The translations under genes were made by a program, and so were the position numbers. Below the pieces are notes generated by a model. It saw nothing but the letters and a program-made list of their open reading frames with translations, ran no database searches and was not told the DNA's origin. From an uncultured Candidatus Saccharimonas sp. (GTDB lineage Bacteria > Patescibacteriota > Saccharimonadia > Saccharimonadales > Saccharimonadaceae): 62,089 nucleotides of DNA. Each line of letters starts with the position of its first letter. The first letter of the stretch is position 1. Shown piece by piece: positions 37,450-45,717 of the stretch. The stretch covers positions 1-62,089 of the forward strand of contig CAYQOL010000001.1 of the NCBI GenBank assembly GCA_964419165.1, given 5' to 3'.

Positions 37450-38532
37450 TTAAAGCTGTCTAACCAGTGCACCCCTAATGATCGCACCAATGATAGTTAT
37501 TGACACAGCAACTAACGATATAACCGCAACACCCGCAGCCGTAGAATCACCGCTGGTGTTCGCAAGGGTTGTAGCGCCCAATACACTGCCTTTTCCCGGC
37601 TCACAGTTCGTAGGAGCCTCGAATTCATAAACCCATTGATTAGGAGTATTTTCTTTGAGCGTATAGTCCTCATTTGCCGGAACCGCGTCTATCGTAATCG
37701 TGGTGCCGTTCGGAATCGAGGAGTATGTACCGGCAGCTACGACTTTACTACCGATTTTGTATTTAACACCAGTCGTCGTAGGTATGATGTATGAACCAAG
37801 CACATCACAAGTCGACGCTATTAAGGTCGGGGGTGTCGCGGTAACACTTGTAGCACCTTGCGTCTGACCACATTCTTCCTCGGTAGGGAATGTAAAGACG
37901 TGAGACCACGAAATCGTGCCTTTGAGTATATATCCGCCCAAAGCTTTTGCAGTAACAGTTATTTCCTTATCTTCAGTTATCGGATAGGTCCCAGCTGCCG
38001 TGGGGTTCTTTTCATCATTCACATAATATTCCACGCCATCTTTAGCTGGTATCGTGTACGAACCGTCTGTTTCACATGTCGGGTCGACGAACGATATAGC
38101 CGTCGGAGTTACCTCTGTATCGTTTACATATTGGCAATCATTTGCAAACATTGCTTGGCCTTTCGTATCCCAGTTCAAGCCGTTAAAATGTTCATCATCG
38201 CCATAGTCAAAAGGAGGGATAATATCACCCCACTTTTCATCATTATCCTTCATATCTTGAGCAATCACTTCATTATAGGCAATATCTCCGGTATGCTCCG
38301 AATGACCCTTGGCTTCATCGCCAACCTTTTTGTCATCACCCTTAAATATTGAATCGACACTTACTTCTATTGCACTTGGTCCGTAAGGTTTTTTTACGTT
38401 ATTATCGCGATGACAGATTGTTACCTATTCAACTTTTACTTTTTTTGCGCCAGTTGGCTGTGATTGGATAAACGCAGCGAAGCTCGCGAATACTAGCACC
38501 ATTGATGCAAGAATTGATAATTTTTTATTCAT
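37450..38532 (-). CDS. sortase-substrate-like surface protein interrupted by one in-frame TAG (codon 36): readthrough candidate or pseudogene
   Basis: ATG 38532 with SD GGAAGGAG and a TTGACA-17-CATAAT promoter. Signal peptide MNKKLSILASMVLVFASFAAFIQSQPTGA. TAG at 38427..38425. The same frame stays open for 52 more codons into the track ORF 37450..38268. C-terminal LANTSG, hydrophobic helix and R-rich tail. Confidence 0.6.
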
Positions 38533-38814
38533 TATAGTTACTCCTTCCATACTATTATCCGGATTATGTAAATATTATGGTAGTTATTAGCTTTATTGTC
38601 AATAGTATAATATAGTTCGTACTTAACCCAAGAGATTCAGTCGAGCTTTACAAAATAGATTTACCGTTTTGTCTTTTTGGATGGTTTTCATGTTTTACAT
38701 TCAATCCTCCTTCTCGACTATTAAATTGTAAGTATATTATAGCACATTTTTCAGAATTCAACTACCAATCCATCTTAATTAAAATTTAAGAAACGACATT
38801 TCATATTTTTTTGA

Positions 38815-39579
38815 TTACGGTCTAAGCGTACCTGCAAAGACTTGCCAAGCGAGAAGTGATTTGGCAACCAAACTTAGTACAATATAGGTAAGTTCGCCAT
38901 ACAGGTAATCTTTCCATTTGCCGATTTTTTTATACTGCAAAACCATATTGATAGCGAAACAGTTGAAGAATACGAATATCGAGACAAATATCCAATAAAC
39001 AAAGTCTGGTGCTTTACTGCCGTTAGCCGCGCCTAACCACATATATATTGCTATAACCACCCAAGGAATTGCGCCAGCAAAACAGCCTACCCAAAAACTT
39101 AGCCAATTAGTCTTTTTCGTTGTTTGATTGTGAATCTCCATCACTAGACCCATCAAATTCATAACGACGGTCAGTGAAAATATCATCACCAAGCTCGCTA
39201 GATCATAAATACCGACAAGCAATGATATAGCAACCATCATAACGCTTGCCGAAACAGAATACTCTATCCAGCGCGCTTTGTTCAAACCCTTCTTTAAATC
39301 GCTTTCATACTCCTTGTTATATACCGTCGCGATTAGCAGGTGAGCTACAGCCGATAGAAAAAAGAATGCCGCAATCAGTATCGGCAAGGACAAATTTAAA
39401 AGATTAGTCGTTGTAGGCTCTAGGTTCTGTGTAATCGGATTATACTTCAAATAACTGCCGCTAATTGGCAAATCATAAATCCTGCTTAAAAAAACAATGG
39501 CGCAACCTTGCGCCAGATGAAAGAATGCCATTACTAGATTGAACTTTCGCAAACCGCTGAACGTAATTTGCTTGCTCAT
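38815..39579 (-). CDS. heliorhodopsin
   Basis: 254 aa, 7 TM. FHLAQG (His21), AHLL (His80), RWIEYSVSASVM (Glu106), FWVGCFAGAIPW and GELTYIVLSLVAKSLLAWQVF (Lys240). From memory, these align almost residue-for-residue with HeR 48C12 H23/H80/E107/K241. Confidence 0.9.
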   Translation of the reverse strand: MSKQITFSGLRKFNLVMAFFHLAQGCAIVFLSRIYDLPISGSYLKYNPITQNLEPTTTNLLNLSLPILIAAFFFLSAVAHLLIATVYNKEYESDLKKGLNKARWIEYSVSASVMMVAISLLVGIYDLASLVMIFSLTVVMNLMGLVMEIHNQTTKKTNWLSFWVGCFAGAIPWVVIAIYMWLGAANGSKAPDFVYWIFVSIFVFFNCFAINMVLQYKKIGKWKDYLYGELTYIVLSLVAKSLLAWQVFAGTLRP

Positions 39580-39585
39580 ACTTCG

Positions 39586-39594
39586 ATTATAGCA
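39586..39594 (-). promoter_or_regulatory. extended -10 promoter giving a leaderless heliorhodopsin mRNA
   Basis: Minus strand reads TGCTATAAT, then 6 nt (CGAAGT), then ATG 39579. There is no SD. Confidence 0.5.
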
Positions 39595-39674
39595 CTTAAA
39601 CTATTAAACCCAAAGTTCCTCGGACGCTGTCCCGTCGGACGTCACCCGCGGCAAATGGATTCTAGATATTAACA

Positions 39675-40415
39675 TTACTGCCTATCTTGTCTATGAATCG
39701 TGATTGAACCCAATATCAGCGCCAATACGACGAATCCGGCGATAATCAGAAAATCGTTGGTCATTTCCGATGTCCTTTCCGCGTATTTCGTAACTTGCTG
39801 CATCGCATCGACGCTGTAAGTGAGGGGCATAATATTCGCAAACCATTGCAGTGGTTCGGCCATATTCTCACGAGGCAAAAACAGTCCGCAAGTAAGTAGT
39901 TGTGGAAATATAAATGCCGGCATAAATTGAACAGCCTGAAACTCGCTGCCTGCAAAAGCACTCAAAAACAACCCGAGCGCCGTCCCCAACGAAGCGGCCA
40001 AAACAGCACCGATAAGTGTCGGCACAATGCCGCCGGCGACATCAACGCCAAGAACACTAAACATTACAACACCGGTAATAATCGCTTGCAGAAAACCGAT
40101 AATACAAAAAACTATCGCGTATCCGAAAACAAAATCCAGTTTAGATATAGGCATCGTCATTAATCTGTCGAGCGTACCGCTAGTACGTTCTCGCAAGGTA
40201 ACAATTGAAGTTATCAAAAACATCATTATCATCGGAAAGACACCTAGTAGCATCGGCGCGATATTATCGAATACCATGGGTTGATCATCAAAAACGTATT
40301 TTAAAACCGTCAAAAGGATAGGCGGCACCACGAACAGCAGCACTAAAGTGCGCGGATCGTGAAGCAATTGGTTCATTACTCGTTTCGAGGTTGCAATAGT
40401 TTTTCGCGGGCTCAT
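39675..40415 (-). CDS. ABC-2 type transporter permease
   Basis: 246 aa, 6 TM, with the typical ABC-2 layout. ATGA-type overlap with the ATPase gene. Confidence 0.85.
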   Translation of the reverse strand: MSPRKTIATSKRVMNQLLHDPRTLVLLFVVPPILLTVLKYVFDDQPMVFDNIAPMLLGVFPMIMMFLITSIVTLRERTSGTLDRLMTMPISKLDFVFGYAIVFCIIGFLQAIITGVVMFSVLGVDVAGGIVPTLIGAVLAASLGTALGLFLSAFAGSEFQAVQFMPAFIFPQLLTCGLFLPRENMAEPLQWFANIMPLTYSVDAMQQVTKYAERTSEMTNDFLIIAGFVVLALILGSITIHRQDRQ

Positions 40416-41143
40416 TCTTTGCCTCCTACGAGTTTCAAGAAACTTTCTTCGATGGTTTTGGATTTTGTTACTTTCAATATCTCAGCAGGGGAATCGTGAG
40501 CGATAATTTCGCCGTCTCTTATAAGAATCAGGTCATCGCACCTTTCGGCTTCGTCCATAGAGTGACTGGTTACTATTATAGTAACCCCTTGTTTTGATAA
40601 ATGATTAAAAAGTTTCCAAAGTCGGTCGCGCAACACCGGGTCCAAACCGACCGTCGGTTCATCCAGAACTAGCAGCTCGGGCGAACCAAGTAAAGCGACT
40701 GCCAGCGAAACCCGCTGTTTTTGTCCAGTTGACAGATTACTGACTAGATTCTTGGATTTATTGGTGAGCTCGACAGCTCTTAGTACGTCATCGACAATCC
40801 TAGAAATCTCATTTTTCGGGCAACCCGTCATAACCGCGAAATATCCAAGGTTCTCTATTACGGTCAAGTCCGAATATATCGATAGTTCTTGGGTCATATA
40901 ACCGATTCTATCCCTAAGGTTTGCCGAGCCGGCTAGTTCGCCAAAAACGATAATTTCACCTTCAGAAAAATGCAGCCTACCGACGATACTGCGAATCAGA
41001 GTAGTCTTGCCCGCACCTGACGGCCCAATAACACCAGTTATTTTACCAGACGGTAATTTGACACTGACGCTCTTTAGGGCCCTAAAACCTTTACCCAAGG
41101 TAACTGATAATTTTGAAACGCTTATCGCGGCTGGCATATACAA
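40412..41143 (-). CDS. ABC transporter ATP-binding protein (DrrA/CcmA-like)
   Basis: Walker A GPSGAGKTT, signature LSTGQKQRVSLA and Walker B LVLDEPTVGLD. Confidence 0.9.
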   Translation of the reverse strand: MYMPAAISVSKLSVTLGKGFRALKSVSVKLPSGKITGVIGPSGAGKTTLIRSIVGRLHFSEGEIIVFGELAGSANLRDRIGYMTQELSIYSDLTVIENLGYFAVMTGCPKNEISRIVDDVLRAVELTNKSKNLVSNLSTGQKQRVSLAVALLGSPELLVLDEPTVGLDPVLRDRLWKLFNHLSKQGVTIIVTSHSMDEAERCDDLILIRDGEIIAHDSPAEILKVTKSKTIEESFLKLVGGKE

Positions 41144-41207
41144 TTATCATACCAGAGATTATGGACAAAATATCCAGAAGAGTTATAATTATTTCATTAA
41201 CAAACAA

Positions 41208-41338
41208 ATACTGGAATCCGGTGTAAATCCGGAACTGTGCCGCAACGGTAAGGCTATTCAGCCAAGTCCGAGACAGTGTAAATCTCCCGAGCAGGAGTAG
41301 TTATATTTCGCGATATTTCCTCTGCTTGGGCGCAGGGG
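41208..41338 (+). promoter_or_regulatory. cobalamin (B12) riboswitch-like aptamer plus SD-sequestering expression platform
   Basis: Core GGAAUCCGGUGUAAAUCCGGAACUGUGCCGCAACGGUAAGG and B12-box-like GCCAAGUCCGAGACAGUG. Closing helix AUACUG (41208..41213) / CAGUGU (41274..41279). Alternative pairings of CCUCUGCUUGGG (41319..41330) follow. Promoter TGGACA-16-TATAAT at 41162..41189. Confidence 0.7.
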
Positions 41339-41350
41339 TATTTTAAATTA

Positions 41351-42781
41351 ATGTTACAAACGTCGAGATTGGAAACGATCCATAATCATCCGGAAATTCC
41401 AAGCGGGGAGCGCACCGTTTATCTGGGCAGATTAGCTATCAAATCGGAGTATCTAGGTATTAACGATCCGTTGACGCATCTGCATCAGTACATAGAAAGA
41501 GGCGATTCAGCGTTGGTAGGTATAAAAATGGACATTGAAACCGACATCGCCGAAAGGTTACCAAGAACTCCTTTCGTCAATTACGTCGGTTTTAATTATG
41601 ACGGTAACGATTTTCTTTCCGAGAGAGACAAGGTGTCGATGGCAAAGATGGCTTCAACGAATTTGAAAATATTCAAAGAAGAAAAAGATCAAAACCCCAT
41701 CCTAATAGACGAATATAGGCGCGCTAAATTGGAATCACTTGAGGTTCATAAATTAACCAGCTGGTTCCCAAAAGCTCCGATCGGTTCGTGCCTGATTTTT
41801 GAATCACTTCCGATAGGCGATCAAAAATTTGCGATTTCAAGAATATACCGCAAGTTAGGAAACAACAAAATTGAGGGTTGTTTCGTGTCACTTTACGGCT
41901 CTAGTGTCGAAAGATTTAACGAATTTCGCAAAGCACTTTGTGTCGAAACACCGGTATGCGAGAACGAATACGATATATTAAGCAATCATTATGAATTTTA
42001 TGCGCCGGAAATAAAATCCAAGGAAGATTTCGTAAATTTTTACTTAGGCCTTTACGACCATCTAATGAATGAGTCTGATGGAAGAGATTATTGTTTTGGT
42101 ATTGAGACTAATAAGTATCAACAAAAAATAAACGGCCTCGAAAAAGTCCGCAAGCAACCGAAACTATCAGCTATATATTTGGATACTGTCAGAGCGCTAG
42201 CCGAAAGCAACGGGATAATCACGCCCAAACTTATCGAAATAAACAATAAATTAAAGCTAGGTTATCAAATCAGTGAAAAATCCGAATTCGACAAGGATTT
42301 TGCAAAAAACATTTTAAGCGACGTCATAGCCGGAATCACCAGTGTAATTGACAGAGCCAACAGCGACTTGCTTGACGGTCTCGAAAGTTACGACATCACC
42401 CAGGACGCCAGCTACGAAGCGGTTTCATTTTACAATGGGCAGGCGAGGGCCACCGGCGAACGATACGAAAGTAACGGCTGTCCTGAATACGACAGACAAT
42501 CACAGACAGTATCTATTGACGATTCCACAAACGAAGAATCAATTATAAAGAAAGCTTTTGATATTAATGGAAATGAATTGAAAAATTTTGGCAAACCAAA
42601 AATTGGGCTGTGCCGGATAATGAATTGTCCTTCGCGCGGCGAAATTAATTGGCTTCCACAAAAAACACTCGTAGGCGGCTGTGATATTTGCGTCTGCTGC
42701 CATAGGCTTTTTGAACAGGGTAGGTCGCCTAAATCCGTATATAACAAAGCAAAATCGCCAAAACCCCGCAAAGCAGCTTGA
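41351..42781 (+). CDS. hypothetical cytoplasmic protein (476 aa) with C-terminal Cys cluster
   Basis: Long clean ORF with no TM or signal peptide. C-terminal CRIMNCPSRG...GGCDICVCCH looks like a zinc-ribbon. No family recognised. Confidence 0.6.
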   Translation: MLQTSRLETIHNHPEIPSGERTVYLGRLAIKSEYLGINDPLTHLHQYIERGDSALVGIKMDIETDIAERLPRTPFVNYVGFNYDGNDFLSERDKVSMAKMASTNLKIFKEEKDQNPILIDEYRRAKLESLEVHKLTSWFPKAPIGSCLIFESLPIGDQKFAISRIYRKLGNNKIEGCFVSLYGSSVERFNEFRKALCVETPVCENEYDILSNHYEFYAPEIKSKEDFVNFYLGLYDHLMNESDGRDYCFGIETNKYQQKINGLEKVRKQPKLSAIYLDTVRALAESNGIITPKLIEINNKLKLGYQISEKSEFDKDFAKNILSDVIAGITSVIDRANSDLLDGLESYDITQDASYEAVSFYNGQARATGERYESNGCPEYDRQSQTVSIDDSTNEESIIKKAFDINGNELKNFGKPKIGLCRIMNCPSRGEINWLPQKTLVGGCDICVCCHRLFEQGRSPKSVYNKAKSPKPRKAA

Positions 42782-42817
42782 TTCGTCATCACGCGCCAAA
42801 CATTATATAATAGAATT

Positions 42818-43381
42818 ATGGACGCGATAGAAAAAGCTTTTCAGACTATCCATCGTGAGGACTTTATACCAAAAAATTTGCGATACGGAGCATATATAGA
42901 CACACCGCTGCCGATAGGCTACGGACAGACTATCAGTCAACCTTCAACCGTAAAGAATATGCTTCGTTGGCTGAATGTAAAACCCGGTCAAAAAATAATG
43001 GACGTCGGGTCGGGGTCGGGTTGGACAACAGCCTTGTTATCAAGGCTAGTAGGTTTAAATGGCAAGGTATTCGCCGTAGAAATAATACCCGAATTGGTAA
43101 AGTTCGGTCGTTCCAATTGCAAAAAATCAGGAATCAGAAATGCTGAATTTCATCAGGCAGGCAAAGATTACGGCCTGCCAGAGCTGGCGCCGTTTGACAG
43201 AATTCTAGTTAGTGCCTCGGCCCGGCAGTTACCTACAAAATTGATCGATCAATTAAAAAAGGGTGGTAAATTAGTCATACCAGTACTGGAGAGTATTCTT
43301 GAAATTATTAAAACCTCGGAAAAAAACTTCGAAACCGTCACGCATCCGGGATACGTTTTCGTGCCACTAATACAAGGTTAA
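42818..43381 (+). CDS. pcm: protein-L-isoaspartate O-methyltransferase
   Basis: GYGQTISQPSTV and the SAM motif I MDVGSGSGWTTALL. TATAAT (42806..42811) lies 6 nt before the ATG, so the mRNA looks leaderless. Confidence 0.85.
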   Translation: MDAIEKAFQTIHREDFIPKNLRYGAYIDTPLPIGYGQTISQPSTVKNMLRWLNVKPGQKIMDVGSGSGWTTALLSRLVGLNGKVFAVEIIPELVKFGRSNCKKSGIRNAEFHQAGKDYGLPELAPFDRILVSASARQLPTKLIDQLKKGGKLVIPVLESILEIIKTSEKNFETVTHPGYVFVPLIQG

Positions 43382-43537
43382 AAAAATGCGTCCCGAAGGT
43401 CCTCATACCAAAAAGACGGGTTGTCATTAAAATACTATTGGTCTAAAATTACCCGAAGGATCCTTAACAACACGGCAAGCAAACTCTGAAATATCGATTG
43501 GTACATACAAAAATCAATAAATAAGGAGGGGAATATT

Positions 43538-44248
43538 TTGCTATTATCGAACTGTCAACGACCTAACCGACAACCCGTCCATACATTCCAAGGTTTTCAA
43601 AAAGAAATCCAACGTCAGTTATTCACTACCATCGAGTTAGCACGTGAACGTTGGTATGATTTCAGTGAATCAGACTTGACTATAATCGACGAAACCCCGC
43701 AATTCATTCCAGTAACACCTACTGAAGTTCCATTAGTCGTACTTTACCTGCCTGACAGAGGAAAAAAATCAGGCATACTAAGGACGGCTGATATGTACTG
43801 GGATGCATTAAGACTACCAAGCGGATGTAAAAAAGTATGCTCGAATCAACTTCTTAGCAAACTTGACCAACTGGTGCTTGCAAATGGCATCGAACACAAA
43901 CCCGGTTTGAATATCCTAGGATTTGATCCATATTATCACGATATCGGTGCCGACTATTTCAGCAATAATGACACGGATTGGCTGGCGCATTGCGAAATAA
44001 TAGCCTCGAACGTTATGTTGGACAATTGGGTTTTAGAATGCGATGGCATCAAAAGGCGGTTCATCGAGTTTGGTGGTTACAGATTACCGTCCAAGGACGA
44101 AAATTACCCCGAGATAATCAGAATCCAATGCTTTGAAAACGACGACGGTTACCAATTGTCAATGTATTCTGCTCCGCGCGATCCTTTCGATTGTTGGTCA
44201 ACACCGAAAGTCAGGAAAGTTTTTCCCGTCAACAAGCTTGCCGCATAG
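43538..44248 (+). CDS. hypothetical protein (236 aa, TTG start)
   Basis: SD AAGGAGGGG lies 8 nt upstream. A hairpin terminator follows at ~44303..44335. No motif recognised. Confidence 0.5.
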   Translation: MLLSNCQRPNRQPVHTFQGFQKEIQRQLFTTIELARERWYDFSESDLTIIDETPQFIPVTPTEVPLVVLYLPDRGKKSGILRTADMYWDALRLPSGCKKVCSNQLLSKLDQLVLANGIEHKPGLNILGFDPYYHDIGADYFSNNDTDWLAHCEIIASNVMLDNWVLECDGIKRRFIEFGGYRLPSKDENYPEIIRIQCFENDDGYQLSMYSAPRDPFDCWSTPKVRKVFPVNKLAA

Positions 44249-44335
44249 TATAGGCTCCTTTGGAGAATTAAAAAGGATTAACGTCCCTACCTCCACTTTT
44301 ACCCGGTTATAAGTCATAGCCGGGTCTTTTCTTTT

Positions 44336-44740
44336 CTATTCAGACTGACTAACAGTCACTTTGCCACCTAATGCTTTCCAATTATCCAAACTGGTCAGAT
44401 TAATAACGTGTTTAAAGCCGGCTTTTTCTAATATCGTCTTTGCCTGACCGGCGCGAACGCCGCTTTTACAATAGACGTACACTATACCTTCCTTTGGGAC
44501 ATCCGGCTCCGAACCTTTTTGGATATCCGAAAGCGGAATATTTATCGCGTCAACCGCGTGACTGGCGTCGTATTCTTCGACAGTCCTTACGTCTACCATA
44601 ACAGCATTCTTACCGATATTTTCTTTAATAATAGGCATAGCGATGGCATACATATCGTCTTTATCGTAATGGTTAAAATACATAAACGCACCGACGCCAA
44701 TAACTGCCAATATTATTACAAGATGAATAAGTTTTTTCAT
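44336..44740 (-). CDS. membrane-anchored rhodanese-domain sulfurtransferase
   Basis: N-terminal TM. Rhodanese pattern DVRT.EEY...H...A.N.P with active-site loop CKSGVRAG. Confidence 0.8.
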   Translation of the reverse strand: MKKLIHLVIILAVIGVGAFMYFNHYDKDDMYAIAMPIIKENIGKNAVMVDVRTVEEYDASHAVDAINIPLSDIQKGSEPDVPKEGIVYVYCKSGVRAGQAKTILEKAGFKHVINLTSLDNWKALGGKVTVSQSE

Positions 44741-44833
44741 TTTATACTCCTTTTAATATAGTATCTTAGCAAATAATTGATTATTTTTACATCGAGATGT
44801 CCTGATATATATAAAAATGTTATTATTTAATAT

Positions 44834-45499
44834 ATGGAAGAAATCGCAAAACTTCTACCTAACTCCTCAACAAAACGTGCTATTAAAAAAGGCTCTATCA
44901 TATTATGCCAAGGAGAGGCTCCTAGACAGGCATATATCGTTTTAAGCGGCCATTTCAAAATGTACCGATTGAATGACAATTTCGAAGAGCAGATTGCCAA
45001 TTTCAAGGTAGCGGGCGATATCTTTCCGGAATGTTGGATATTCGGAGTTACGTCGAATACGATGTATTATTACGAAGCTCTTGAAAATTCCGAAATACTA
45101 ACGATAGAGAAGCCTGTCTTTCTCGATTTGATAGAAAAACGTCCCGATTTAAAAAACAAACTGTTCGATTATATGATAAAAAATTATACGGGTTTGATGG
45201 TGCAGATTTCAGCACTGAAACAGTCCTGCGCCGCTGAAAAAATATTACTAACAATATACTATCTAATGTTAAGGTACGGCGAAAATACCAAAACAGGCGA
45301 GTATTCGATTAACATCGAACGAACTCACACTATACTAGCCAGTCTAATTGGTTTGACCCGTGAAACCACCACGATGGAACTGGGTAAATTGAAACGTAAA
45401 GGCATAATTCATTATGACACACAGGATTTTATCATTTATGAAAAAGCTCTCAAAAAGAAGCTTGGCGAAAATCATTTCTACGATATTAAATTGAACTGA
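44834..45499 (+). CDS. Crp/Fnr-family transcriptional regulator
   Basis: cNMP-binding beta-roll at the N-terminus and a C-terminal HTH (H..LA.LIG.TRETTT.EL.KL...G.I). Confidence 0.85.
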   Translation: MEEIAKLLPNSSTKRAIKKGSIILCQGEAPRQAYIVLSGHFKMYRLNDNFEEQIANFKVAGDIFPECWIFGVTSNTMYYYEALENSEILTIEKPVFLDLIEKRPDLKNKLFDYMIKNYTGLMVQISALKQSCAAEKILLTIYYLMLRYGENTKTGEYSINIERTHTILASLIGLTRETTTMELGKLKRKGIIHYDTQDFIIYEKALKKKLGENHFYDIKLN

Positions 45500-45717
45500 T
45501 CATTAGAAAAATAAAAAAACGCTTATGTTTATACAAGCGCAATACCAAATATTATACGGCATTTCGCAAAATTTTGCAGTAATCCAACCTGCTGATTCTT
45601 TGTGGGATTTTTTACTGAACAAAAACTTAAATACGTCTAAAGTAATAGGTGGAGGCGCATCCATCCAATTATTTAAAGCCTAGTTCGATGAAATGGCTAG
45701 GAGTTATGGGAGATGTT

